Shown: positions 34,307 to 43,689 of the stretch, piece by piece
How positions within the stretch are numbered: position 1 is the stretch's first letter
How the letters are laid out: each line of letters starts with the position of its first letter
Source of the DNA: Dehalococcoidia bacterium
Lineage (GTDB): Bacteria > Chloroflexota > Dehalococcoidia > UBA2979
Assembly: GCA_041674885.1 (NCBI GenBank)
Contig: JBAYUZ010000002.1
Span: forward strand, 1 to 55,341
Direction: 5' to 3'
DNA length: 55,341 nt
Notes under the pieces: generated by a model
Database searches by the model: none
Seen by the model: only the letters and a program-made list of their open reading frames with translations
Told to the model about the DNA's origin: nothing
Program-made: the position numbers and the translations under genes

Positions 34307-34337
34307 GCACGACCTCTCACCGAAGGACACAGACGCC

Positions 34338-34781
34338 ATGACCGCAACGACCACCGTAGTCGCCCGCTACAAGCGCAACGGCCCCCGTGGAGGGGGTCGC
34401 GGGTTCACCGCCAGCTATCTCCTCACCGACTCAACGACCATCGTCGCGGGCGCCCTCGTCTCGCTCACGCAGGCGACGAGCAAGGCGCTGAACGCCACCG
34501 ACGCCGCGAGCGAAAAGTTCGCGGGCGTCTGCACCAAGACCGTCACCAGCGGCTCGAGCAATACGACCGTGTATTGCGAAGTCGAGTACGGCCACGAGGA
34601 GCTGTTCACGACCGACACCTCGCTCGCGGCCCTCGTCGGCACGATGGCGACGGTGAAGGACAACAACACCGTGACCAGCGCCGCGTCGACGAACGACATG
34701 CAGGTCGGCGAGATCATCGAAGTGCTCTCGACCACGCAGGCATGGATCAAGGTCCGCAGCCCCGAAGTCCCCCTGACCTGA
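34338..34781 (+). CDS. head decoration-like protein (DUF2190-like)
   Basis: ORF track 147 aa; Thr/Ser/Val-rich beta-type sequence directly upstream of the major capsid gene. Confidence 0.5.
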   Translation: MTATTTVVARYKRNGPRGGGRGFTASYLLTDSTTIVAGALVSLTQATSKALNATDAASEKFAGVCTKTVTSGSSNTTVYCEVEYGHEELFTTDTSLAALVGTMATVKDNNTVTSAASTNDMQVGEIIEVLSTTQAWIKVRSPEVPLT

Positions 34782-34824
34782 TCCCTCTGGGATCTTCACC
34801 GCACCCAGAGAGAACACCAACACC

Positions 34825-35799
34825 ATGGCCACTCGCAACGCAGTCAACGGCGACGCGCTCGATGCGTTCGTCGTCACGTTCAAGTCTGAGGCAGAGCGCC
34901 TCTTCACGAGCGTGGAGAACACCGCGCTTGTCAACGCGTTCTGCTCCGAGGTCTCTTCGGAGGGCGGGCAGAACGTGACGCAGATCTTCGGCGACCACCT
35001 CGGGACCTGGAAGGAACTCATCGGCGGCCGCGAGGAAGCGCCCTCGCGCATCTTCTCGCAGAACGTCACGCTCGCGACGTACTACGTCCCGGATCTGGTC
35101 ATCCCCCGCAAGGATTTCCAGTACGACAACATCGGGGTCAACGCAGCGCGCGTGCGGACCTACATGAGCAACGCGCTCTCGGCGCATGACGTCCTGCTGC
35201 ACCAGGCGCTCGCGCTCGCGTCCGGCAAGGGACCCGTCGGATACGACGGCGTCAACGTGTTCGACGACGACCACCCCTACGCGCCGGCTGCCGGCACGCA
35301 GAGCAACTACGGCACGGCGGCGATGTCGTGGGTCAGCGTGCGTGCTGCGCTCGCGTCGATGACGTCGCTGCTCCGTGAGAACTCGGAGCCGTTCAACATC
35401 GTCCCGCGCTTCCTGATCGGCGGTCCCAAGAACGCCGAGATCATGGAAGAGATCACGAACGGGAATCTGCGCCTCGCTGGCGCGGCGACCGACGGCATCG
35501 AGGGCGGCACGCGCGCCTACGGTGGCGCCATCGACAACGTCCAGAAGGGGCGTCTCACCGGCATCATCGACTATCGCCTCGTCGGGGCGAAAGACGATTG
35601 GTGGGGCATCACCGGCACCGACACCACGGGGCAGCTCAAGCCGCTCATGGTGATGAAGGGCATGGCGCCGCTTCCGCAGATCAACGTCGACGACCAGAGC
35701 CAGTTCGTTCACGACAACGACGCGTATTCGTTCGGTCTCATCACCGACATGAAGATCGCGGCGGGCGCGTGGCAGGCCGGCTTCTGGAACGTGCTCTGA
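34825..35799 (+). CDS. major capsid protein (Mu gpT-like)
   Basis: ORF track 324 aa; position after protease/scaffold and decoration genes; followed by a stable hairpin. Confidence 0.7.
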   Translation: MATRNAVNGDALDAFVVTFKSEAERLFTSVENTALVNAFCSEVSSEGGQNVTQIFGDHLGTWKELIGGREEAPSRIFSQNVTLATYYVPDLVIPRKDFQYDNIGVNAARVRTYMSNALSAHDVLLHQALALASGKGPVGYDGVNVFDDDHPYAPAAGTQSNYGTAAMSWVSVRAALASMTSLLRENSEPFNIVPRFLIGGPKNAEIMEEITNGNLRLAGAATDGIEGGTRAYGGAIDNVQKGRLTGIIDYRLVGAKDDWWGITGTDTTGQLKPLMVMKGMAPLPQINVDDQSQFVHDNDAYSFGLITDMKIAAGAWQAGFWNVL

Positions 35800-35807
35800 T
35801 CGACCGC

Positions 35808-35835
35808 GCGGCGCTCCTCTCGCAGTGAGCGCCGC
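35808..35835 (+). terminator. hairpin after the capsid gene (possible terminator/attenuator, no U-tract)
   Basis: GCGGCGCT (35808-35815) pairs perfectly with AGCGCCGC (35828-35835), 12-nt loop. Confidence 0.35.
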
Positions 35836-35842
35836 AGCATCC

Positions 35843-35913
35843 GTCACGCTGGGGCAACGGTAGCCCGGCGGCCTCATAAGCCGCAGCTCGTGGTTCGATT
35901 CCACGGCGTGACC
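35843..35913 (+). tRNA. tRNA with CAT anticodon (Met, or Ile2 if lysidine-modified)
   Basis: Hand-folded cloverleaf: acceptor GTCACGC/GCGTGAC, D arm GGGC-AACGGTA-GCCC, anticodon arm GCGGC-CTCATAA-GCCGC, T arm CGTGG-TTCGATT-CCACG. Confidence 0.8.
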
Positions 35914-35975
35914 CCCAGGGCCATCAACACGTGCGCGGCGCTTTCCAAAGCCGTGACCAGAGGAGACGCGACGAC

Positions 35976-36635
35976 ATGCTCGACACGAACACGATCCCAC
36001 ACGGCGGCAAGGCAACCTCCAACACCCCGTCACCGGGCGCGCGTCTCTCGGTGCGCGTCGTCATCCGGCCGGAGTTGCTCAACAAGATGCTGCCGGACGG
36101 CCGCGTCTACGGCCCCGGCGAGCACACGATCCAGATCTACAAGGGCGACCTCCCGAACCTCGAGTGCCTCGTCGAGACGCGGCCCGAGCTGCTCGATCAG
36201 GCGCGCTCGCGACACGCCGCGAAGGTGCAGGGCTGGGTCAACCTCACGCGCAAGAAGGACGCGAACGGCTACCCGACCGGGCCTGAGGGCGCCAACGTCG
36301 AGGGCAACTACACCGGCGGCTCCGTTCAGACGGAGTTCCGCGAGCTGACGATCGGCGAGCCCGATGGCCGCGGTGGCGTGCGCAGCGAGGGTCGCGGCAT
36401 CCGTCCACTGCTCTCCGTGGACGTCATCGACCAGCTCGGCAGCGTCAAGGACGAAGAGCACCGCAACGACGTGCGCATGCGTGCCGAAGAGGCGCGGGCG
36501 CAGATCGTTGGTCAGCCGGTGGGCATGTCGATGGCGGACATCGAGGCGCTCGTCGAGGCGCGTGTGAAGGCGGCCGTTGCCGCACTCACGGATCCGACGC
36601 CGGCCCCCGATGCCGGACGCAAGGCGGGCAAGTGA
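35976..36635 (+). CDS. hypothetical structural-module protein (219 aa)
   Basis: ATG (MLDTNTIPHGG...) 10 nt after GAGGAG, within ORF 35931..36635. Confidence 0.65.
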   Translation: MLDTNTIPHGGKATSNTPSPGARLSVRVVIRPELLNKMLPDGRVYGPGEHTIQIYKGDLPNLECLVETRPELLDQARSRHAAKVQGWVNLTRKKDANGYPTGPEGANVEGNYTGGSVQTEFRELTIGEPDGRGGVRSEGRGIRPLLSVDVIDQLGSVKDEEHRNDVRMRAEEARAQIVGQPVGMSMADIEALVEARVKAAVAALTDPTPAPDAGRKAGK

Positions 36636-36928
36636 CCGCGCCGAAGAAGAAGCCGCACGCCGCGGAGCCGACTGCGGCGGAGACCACGGGGCACGCCGAC
36701 AACGACGGCGACGAGCCATCACGCGCCGAGACGCTGCCGGCGCCCGCCGTCACCATCGGCGACCGCGCCCACTACACCGCCGAGAACGGCGACGGCCCGT
36801 GGCACGCCGTCGTCATCGGCAACGTCGCCGGCATCTACACGCTCGACGTCGTGAAGCCGAACGGCTCGCGCCGCATCGTCGTCGCTGCGCTCGGCGACGG
36901 TCACGGTGAGTTCACGCTCGTCGCGTAA
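36632..36928 (+). CDS. hypothetical protein (98 aa)
   Basis: ORF track; GTGA overlap. Confidence 0.55.
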   Translation: MTAPKKKPHAAEPTAAETTGHADNDGDEPSRAETLPAPAVTIGDRAHYTAENGDGPWHAVVIGNVAGIYTLDVVKPNGSRRIVVAALGDGHGEFTLVA

Positions 36929-36940
36929 CGGAGGCTCGTC

Positions 36941-37414
36941 GTGGCGATTCTCTCCGAGGCGTACATCGTCAGCATGCTCGGCGGCGCGGTGGCCGGCGCA
37001 GAGAAGTACGCATCGGCCACCGGCAGCGATGCCGATACGGCCGCTGCGTGGATCTCGGCCGCCGATCTCGCCGTCGTCAGCGCCGCCAAGAAAGGCGGCT
37101 ACTCGACGGTGAGCAGCACGGGGCCGGTGCCGGCGAGCGGCGAAGCCTTCGAGATGCTCCGCGCGATGGCCTTCGTCGTGTGGCTCCGCGTCGCGTACGG
37201 CTACGGCAAAGAGATCACCGTCCCCGGCGACATCGACTCCGAGTTGCCGCGACCGTCGTCGCTCTACGCATCCGCCGACGAGGGCCGCATCGACCTCCCC
37301 GGCCTGGACCGCACGCAGATCGGTGGCGATGCCGGCGTCGACCTCCAGAACGGCGGCATCCTCACCACCGAATCAACGCAGCTGTTCGCGCGCGCCCGCC
37401 TCAATCTGATGTGA
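36941..37414 (+). CDS. head-tail connector-like protein (157 aa)
   Basis: ORF track; position between the capsid and tail-completion genes. Confidence 0.5.
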   Translation: MAILSEAYIVSMLGGAVAGAEKYASATGSDADTAAAWISAADLAVVSAAKKGGYSTVSSTGPVPASGEAFEMLRAMAFVVWLRVAYGYGKEITVPGDIDSELPRPSSLYASADEGRIDLPGLDRTQIGGDAGVDLQNGGILTTESTQLFARARLNLM

Positions 37415-37418
37415 CCCC

Positions 37419-37961
37419 GTGACCATCGTATTCGCACCCACGCAGTCGCCGTCCGAAGTCGCCGCGAAGTTCCGCGCGATGCAGGCGCGTGCGCATGCGC
37501 TGGGGCCAGTCCTCGCGCCGGCGCGCGAGATGGTCGCGAAGATGATCGACGACTCCTTCGAACGCAGCCAGTCGCCGGACGGCACCGCGTGGGCGAAGAA
37601 CGCGCCGAGCACGATCGCGCGCAAGCGCGGCAGCGCAAAACCCGGCATCGACAAGGGCATCTTGCGCGCGTCGCAGTACGTCACGGTCATCCCCAACGGC
37701 CTCGACTTCGGCACGCGCGTGCCCTACGCGGCGCCGGTCCAGTTCGGCAGCGTGCGCGGTGGGCGGCTCAAGCACGCGTCGTACACGGGCGGCGTGAAGC
37801 GCGAGAAGGGCACCGCGTGGAGCTCGACGACACCGGGCCGCGCGTTCCTCCCGTTCACGCGTGAAGGGCTCCTGATGCGCACCGGGCGCGCGCAGACGGT
37901 CATCGACGCGGTGACCAAGATGGTCATGGCCTACATCGTCACGGGCAAGGTGACGCCGTGA
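37419..37961 (+). CDS. virion morphogenesis / tail completion protein (Mu gpG-like)
   Basis: ORF track 180 aa; SFERSQSPDGTAWAKNAPSTIARKRG...VPYAAPVQFG matches the pattern of the gpG/tail-S family. Confidence 0.65.
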   Translation: MTIVFAPTQSPSEVAAKFRAMQARAHALGPVLAPAREMVAKMIDDSFERSQSPDGTAWAKNAPSTIARKRGSAKPGIDKGILRASQYVTVIPNGLDFGTRVPYAAPVQFGSVRGGRLKHASYTGGVKREKGTAWSSTTPGRAFLPFTREGLLMRTGRAQTVIDAVTKMVMAYIVTGKVTP

Positions 37962-38788
37962 GCGACGCCGCGATCCGTCAGTGCATCCGCGAGGTGCTGA
38001 CCGGCGTGCTCGAAGGCGTGCGCGGCATCCCCGTCGACACGCTGCGCGAACAGAACAGCGGCGAGAGCGACTACGCGCAGGCTGTGGCGTCGATGGTGAT
38101 GCCAGAGTTCGAGCTGACGATCGGCTACGTGCCGACGCCGACCGAGCAAGTCATTCAGCCAAGCTCGCTGTGGATCGAGGGCATCACGCTTCGAGTGCGC
38201 ACCGTCTACAAGCTCGACAGTGCAGTGCTCACGCCGGCACGCATCGGCGAAGTGCGGAGCCGCAGCGCCGACATCGGCAAGCAGATCCGGACGCTCTTCA
38301 AGTGGCCGGGGACGCTCGAGTTCACCGCGACCAACGAGCCGACCGGGATCGCTGGCGGCGTCATGGAGTGGGGCGGGATGACGACGGCGCAGGATGCGAA
38401 CCCCGCGAACAGCGATCAGCGGCTCTACACCACCGACCACAACTTCACCGGCTGGATCGTTTCGACCGAGGAGATCATCGTGCCCGTACTCTCACGCACC
38501 GCATCGGCGGGGTTCGCCTTCGCGGCATCCGACGTCGGCAACTGGATCCACGCGAGCGGCGCCGGTGCCCAGGCCGCCACGCTGCCGGACCTCTCCGCGT
38601 CGCTCACGTCCGGGCGCGAGATGGTGTTGTCGCTGCAGCAAGAGGGCGCCGCGACCGCCGTCACGATCACACCGTCGGCGACCTCGCAGATCAACGGCGC
38701 CGGTGTCGGCGTCGCCTACGTCTGCGCCACCGGGCGCACTCGCACCGTTCTCTGCTCGCGCGATGGCCTCGCGTGGTTCACCGGCTGA
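37958..38788 (+). CDS. head-tail joining / tail terminator-like protein (276 aa)
   Basis: ORF track; GTGA overlap; position upstream of the tube-like gene. Confidence 0.5.
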   Translation: MSDAAIRQCIREVLTGVLEGVRGIPVDTLREQNSGESDYAQAVASMVMPEFELTIGYVPTPTEQVIQPSSLWIEGITLRVRTVYKLDSAVLTPARIGEVRSRSADIGKQIRTLFKWPGTLEFTATNEPTGIAGGVMEWGGMTTAQDANPANSDQRLYTTDHNFTGWIVSTEEIIVPVLSRTASAGFAFAASDVGNWIHASGAGAQAATLPDLSASLTSGREMVLSLQQEGAATAVTITPSATSQINGAGVGVAYVCATGRTRTVLCSRDGLAWFTG

Positions 38789-38803
38789 TCGAAAGGAACG
38801 ACC

Positions 38804-40321
38804 ATGACCGCCGAAGTATCAGCCCTGCAACGCGTCCGCTTCATCGGCGAGAGCACGTTCAACACGTCGCGAATCGCCGATATCGCGCAGTTCGTCGACG
38901 TGCCCGCGATCGAGAAGACGCCGATCTTCACTGGCCTCGAAGCGCATCAAGAGCCGGAGGTCGTGCAGACGCACGTGCACGGCTACCGCGACTCAAAGAT
39001 GGTCAAGGGCCTGCGCTCGTGCACGCTCGACTTCTCCATGCACCTCGCCGGCACCGGCAACATGCACAACGGCGCGACGCTGCCGCCGCTGCCGACGCTC
39101 ACCGACTGGCAGATGTCGCTGCTCGAGTTCCTGATGGGCGGCAGCGAGACGGTGACGCTCGGCACGCCTGGCACCGCGTGCACGGTCGAGAGCACGGGCA
39201 CGACGACGCGCGCGATCGTGATGAAGACCAACACGCTCAGCGTGGCGCCGCCGGGCTGCGCCTTCGCCTGCGTGATGCCGTCCGGGCTCATCGAGGCGCG
39301 CGAGATCCGCAGCTACTCGGCCGGCGTCATCGTGCCGAAAATCGCCTTCTCCGACGTGCCGGCGGAAGACTCGCCGATCTACTTCGGCACGACCTTTCAT
39401 CTCATCAACGGGCTCGGTGCTGACCTCGCGTCGATCCAGGCGATCTGCGAAGGCGTCGCGCTCGAGGATTCGTTCCTCGGGATGGGCATGTGTGGCACCT
39501 ACGGAATCGACGTGGCGCCCGGCGCGCTCGCGAAACTGACCGTGAAACTGATGGGCGCGGCGTGGAGCAAGAAGCCCGAGGGGACCGCGCTCACCGCGCC
39601 CGACGCGTTCACGAACTTCGCACCACTCACCAACATGAGCAGCGAACTCCTCGTCGGAAAGGTGCAGACGCGCGCGACGTGGACGCGCTCGACGACGACG
39701 TGCACCGTCACGAGCTACGCGCACGGCATGGCCAGCGGCGAGACAGTCACGCTCGTCAAGAGCAACGACATCACCGCGACGCCGCTCGGCAACGAGGTCA
39801 TCACGGTCACGGGCGTCGACACGTTCACCTTCGCGTGCGCCAACGCCGGCATCACGACGGGCGGCACGCTAACGTACATCGCGTGTCAGCTGCGCAATCA
39901 GATCCGGCACTCTGCGAGCACGTGGCAACCCGGCCTGGTCAACGTGCCGATCACGTCTCCCGAGGGACTCGGCAACAGCAACATCACCGGATGGAAGCGC
40001 GGCCGTTCACGCGCCGTGACGGGCTCCTTCACGGCCTACGACGAGCCCAGCATCCCCTCGCTCATCGCCGACGAGAATGTCGAGAGCTGGCAGGACGCCG
40101 ACACCAACGAGACCGACCTCGCGATCTACCAGCAGATCGGAATGACGACACGCGGCATCGTACTCATCACGGCACCGACGGTTCAGATCAACGTCGTGCC
40201 GACGCGCGCGGACGCCAACGGTCTTTACGCGCAGGTCGTCAGCTGGAGCGGCCGCAACGACCTCAGCTCCGCGGAGACCAGCGACGTCTCCTCAAGCGCG
40301 CAACGGATCACGGTGTTCTGA
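38804..40321 (+). CDS. major tail (tube-like) protein (505 aa)
   Basis: ORF track; immediately upstream of the chaperone pair and the tape measure gene. Confidence 0.5.
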   Translation: MTAEVSALQRVRFIGESTFNTSRIADIAQFVDVPAIEKTPIFTGLEAHQEPEVVQTHVHGYRDSKMVKGLRSCTLDFSMHLAGTGNMHNGATLPPLPTLTDWQMSLLEFLMGGSETVTLGTPGTACTVESTGTTTRAIVMKTNTLSVAPPGCAFACVMPSGLIEAREIRSYSAGVIVPKIAFSDVPAEDSPIYFGTTFHLINGLGADLASIQAICEGVALEDSFLGMGMCGTYGIDVAPGALAKLTVKLMGAAWSKKPEGTALTAPDAFTNFAPLTNMSSELLVGKVQTRATWTRSTTTCTVTSYAHGMASGETVTLVKSNDITATPLGNEVITVTGVDTFTFACANAGITTGGTLTYIACQLRNQIRHSASTWQPGLVNVPITSPEGLGNSNITGWKRGRSRAVTGSFTAYDEPSIPSLIADENVESWQDADTNETDLAIYQQIGMTTRGIVLITAPTVQINVVPTRADANGLYAQVVSWSGRNDLSSAETSDVSSSAQRITVF

Positions 40322-40995
40322 TGGAAGACGCGACCAAGCAACTCGAGTGTTACGCGTCGTTCGATCCCGCGATCGATCGTGACGCGATGGGCGCAGCGTT
40401 CGATGCGCACTTCGGCCGATTCGGTGCCGCCGAGATCGCGCGCGCCGGCACCCGCGATCCGTCGCTCATCAAGTTCCACCCCGGCAAGCGCGCCTGCAAG
40501 TTCGTGCTGCGGCCGCTGACGCTCGCCGAGCGCTTCGACTGCGATGCCGTCGTCAGCACCGAGCATCGGCTCGCGCGCGCGCTTGGCTACGCGCTGGTGC
40601 GTGCCGAGCTCCACGCGCCGATGAGCGCGACGGCGACGATCCTCTTCGCGCGCGACACGCAGCCGGGCTTCACGCTCGAGATGCTCACCGAGCTAATGGG
40701 CCTCGTCGGCGTAGAGACCATCTACGAGATCGGCGCGGTGGCGTACACGCGGAGTCGCCTTGGCCCTTTCGACGTGCCCTTTGCGCCGCTGCTGCTTACC
40801 TCGGCGCAAAGGCAAGTGACGCAGCTCCTACACCATGCGGATTCCCTCGCGCGGCAGAAGTCCGACACCCAGACCACAAAGCAGGAGTCGCCATCGCAAT
40901 CGGCTGCGAACGAGACGTCCGCGCCGCCTGGCGATGCGACTGCGCCGGAGAGCGACACGGCGCCGCCCGATCCTGCTCCACCACCAACAAGCTGA
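40321..40995 (+). CDS. tail assembly chaperone-like protein (224 aa)
   Basis: TGATG junction; MEDATKQLECYASFDPAIDRD...; disordered P/T/S-rich tail; upstream of the tape measure gene. Confidence 0.55.
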   Translation: MEDATKQLECYASFDPAIDRDAMGAAFDAHFGRFGAAEIARAGTRDPSLIKFHPGKRACKFVLRPLTLAERFDCDAVVSTEHRLARALGYALVRAELHAPMSATATILFARDTQPGFTLEMLTELMGLVGVETIYEIGAVAYTRSRLGPFDVPFAPLLLTSAQRQVTQLLHHADSLARQKSDTQTTKQESPSQSAANETSAPPGDATAPESDTAPPDPAPPPTS

Positions 40996-41003
40996 GCCAG
41001 GTC

Positions 41004-41276
41004 GTGGCGAACCTCCACACGTCGATCGCGGAGGTCACCGGTTCGGAGCCCGTGACGTGCCCGTGGCGCGTCTACGAGGATCCCGTCGTGCAGGCCGGTC
41101 GCGTGCTCGCGTCGCGCATCGAGTCCGGCGTCGTCGACATCGACCGGCAACTGTCCGTGGTCGTCGAGGCCGCGGATGTCATCCGCAACGTCAGCTCGCA
41201 TCTGATGATGCTGGACCTGCGCGCGAAGCGTGAGCAGCGCACGAGCGAAGAGAACATGCGCCGAGGTGCGTCGTGA
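41004..41276 (+). CDS. hypothetical protein (90 aa), possible second chaperone / frameshift extension
   Basis: ORF track; its frame is -1 relative to 40321..40995 and I traced it open to about 40790, with no ATG/GTG/TTG before 41004. Confidence 0.45.
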   Translation: MANLHTSIAEVTGSEPVTCPWRVYEDPVVQAGRVLASRIESGVVDIDRQLSVVVEAADVIRNVSSHLMMLDLRAKREQRTSEENMRRGAS

Positions 41277-42826
41277 GTGAGTTCGACGTCACGGGGCGCA
41301 TTCGGTACACGGATGAGGGCGCGAGCGCAACGCTGACCAAGGTGACGGGCGCCGTCGATGCGCAGACTGTCGCGCTCGCGAAGGAGAACGCCGAGTACGT
41401 GCGGCTCCGCGCGGCCGCTGAGCAGACGATCAAAGCGCAGCAGATGTTCGGCGCGCAGACGCAGACCATCACGACGACGACGGCAACCGCGACCACCAAC
41501 GTCGGGCAGTTCGGATCGGCCGTCGGACTCGCGGGGCAGGCGATTGGGCGCGTGAATCCCGCGATGGGCGGCCTCGTCACGATGGCCGGTTCCGCGCTCG
41601 GCGCGATCCAAGCACTCACGACGGCGGGCATGGGGCCGTTCGGCATCGCGCTCGCCGCCACGTCTCTGGCGCTCAGCGCCGCCACCGCGCTCTACGCGGC
41701 CTTCGGTGACGAGCAGCGAGACGCCGCGGATGCAGCGGATGAACTGACCGCGTCTCTCTACGAGCAGAACCGCGCCAACGATCTCGCCGGAGAGGGCCGC
41801 ATGCGGGTCCTTGAGGCGGAGGAACTTCGGCTCCAGCGCACCGTCGACACGCTGCGCGCCAGCCACGGCGACGCGGTGCTGCTCTACCAACAGGAGCAAC
41901 TACTCAACGAGGCGCGGCAGCGTCTCATGCGCGAGCGGCAGACCGACACAACGACCGCAGCGCCGCGCGCGCGGTCCGAGGGCGAGGTGCTCGCCGAGAT
42001 GGCTCGGCTGAGCGAGGGCCTCACCAGCGAGGGCCGCACGATTCAGGCGCCGACCGGTGGCACGGCAGGCGAGGCGGCGCGCAAGGCTCGCGCTGACGCG
42101 GCTCGGCAGCAAGCGGAAGAGGACGCGCAGGGCCGCGAGGCCGACTCCGCAGCGCGTCTCGCGATGCTCATCGAGGACATGGACGCGGAGGCCGAGGTCC
42201 GCGCCATGATGCGCGAGCGCGAGATCAACGAATCCAACGCAGCCAAGGACCAGTCGATCGAGATCGAGCGGGCGCGCGTCGCTGGCGTGAAAGCCGCGCT
42301 CGATGCCGAGACGGCGCTACGGGCGAAGGCCGCGAAGACGCAGCAGCAGATCCTCGACACCACAGGCCAGGCGCACACGCTCCTCGCCAGCGTCATCGAG
42401 GCCAGCGCCGGCAGCAGCGAGAAGTCGCAGAAGGCGAAGACGCAAGCGCTCGCCGCGGCGTCCATGGTCCAGTCCGGGATCGAGATGGCCGTCGAGATCG
42501 CCCGCATCGCGCAGAGCTACCCGGACCCCGTCGGCATGGCGACGCACGCGATCGGCGCCGCAAACTTCGCGGTGGCGATTGGTGTCGCTGCCGCAGCGGC
42601 CGGTGGCGGTGGCTCAGCGCCCCCGTCGGGCGGCGCCAGCGTTCCGGCTGCGTCGTCGCCCGGCGGCGGGCCGAGCGGGCCTCCTGCGGGCGCACAGGAG
42701 CCAGGCGGCAACGTCTACAACATCACTCTCGGCGGTGGCGGCGTCGTGTACGCTGCCGACCGCAACGAACTCATGCGCACGATCGCGGATGGCGTGCGGG
42801 CCGCTGACACGCGGAGGGGTCGCTGA
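41273..42826 (+). CDS. tape measure protein (517 aa)
   Basis: ORF track; Gly/Ala-rich hydrophobic segments (GLAGQAIGRVNPAMGGLVTMAGSALGAIQAL...) plus long helical regions; canonical position. Confidence 0.75.
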   Translation: MSEFDVTGRIRYTDEGASATLTKVTGAVDAQTVALAKENAEYVRLRAAAEQTIKAQQMFGAQTQTITTTTATATTNVGQFGSAVGLAGQAIGRVNPAMGGLVTMAGSALGAIQALTTAGMGPFGIALAATSLALSAATALYAAFGDEQRDAADAADELTASLYEQNRANDLAGEGRMRVLEAEELRLQRTVDTLRASHGDAVLLYQQEQLLNEARQRLMRERQTDTTTAAPRARSEGEVLAEMARLSEGLTSEGRTIQAPTGGTAGEAARKARADAARQQAEEDAQGREADSAARLAMLIEDMDAEAEVRAMMREREINESNAAKDQSIEIERARVAGVKAALDAETALRAKAAKTQQQILDTTGQAHTLLASVIEASAGSSEKSQKAKTQALAAASMVQSGIEMAVEIARIAQSYPDPVGMATHAIGAANFAVAIGVAAAAAGGGGSAPPSGGASVPAASSPGGGPSGPPAGAQEPGGNVYNITLGGGGVVYAADRNELMRTIADGVRAADTRRGR

Positions 42827-43689
42827 TGGCTCGCGATCTCTACAGCGCCGCGTGGGACTTCGGCCGCCTCAATCTCGGAGCGGTGAGCGGCGCCAACGCG
42901 GCCGTGTTCGCGAGCGGCACCGGTGGGCCAGCGGGGAACGCCGGATTCGCGTCCGGCATGTACATGCACGGCAACGTCGGCATGACGGGCGGCACAGAGA
43001 TCGATGGCGTGCCGCTGCTGCAGTTTGCCGACGACCTTGACGCGCTCCTCTCTGGGAGTTCACTCGCGGTGCAGTTCTCGCGCTCGCAACTGCGCTACAC
43101 GATCTCGAGCGCGAACGCGTTTGCCGTGACGTGGACCGGTGCGCAGGGCGTGGCGCTCCGCGATATCCTCGGCTTCGAGGCGAACCTCTCGAGCGCAGCA
43201 ACGCACACGTCGACGAAGCGGCCGAAGTATCTGATCTGCACACGGCACGCGGGGCAGTCCGCGGTGAAGGCATCGCACGAGCCCGGCGGCCGCATCCAGC
43301 ACGCGGAAAGCGAAAGCGGCTTCCAGTACGACATCGGCCCCGACGAGCTCGCCACGTACGCCAACTGGACGCAGCCGTACGAAACGAACATCGGACCCAC
43401 CGACGCCGATTGGGCTGGCGACTTCGCGGTCGGCGGCGCACCGATGCGGCGCACCGATGTCGGCGCCGCGACCAAGGTCTACTGGACGTGGGAGGATTTC
43501 TGGAAGCACGTCCGCGCAACGCTGCCGTTCGCGCTCGTCGACCAGGCTGCCGGCAGCAACGAGGGCGACGTGTACAAGCTGCACGGCGACGCTGCGCACT
43601 TCGATCCGACGCGGAAGACAGTCGACTTCGACGGCCACTGGATGCCCGCGATCAAAGCGCTCTACAAGGGCGCGAGCATGGAGTTTTAG
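42826..43689 (+). CDS. distal tail-like protein (287 aa)
   Basis: ORF track; first gene after the tape measure gene. Confidence 0.45.
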   Translation: MARDLYSAAWDFGRLNLGAVSGANAAVFASGTGGPAGNAGFASGMYMHGNVGMTGGTEIDGVPLLQFADDLDALLSGSSLAVQFSRSQLRYTISSANAFAVTWTGAQGVALRDILGFEANLSSAATHTSTKRPKYLICTRHAGQSAVKASHEPGGRIQHAESESGFQYDIGPDELATYANWTQPYETNIGPTDADWAGDFAVGGAPMRRTDVGAATKVYWTWEDFWKHVRATLPFALVDQAAGSNEGDVYKLHGDAAHFDPTRKTVDFDGHWMPAIKALYKGASMEF

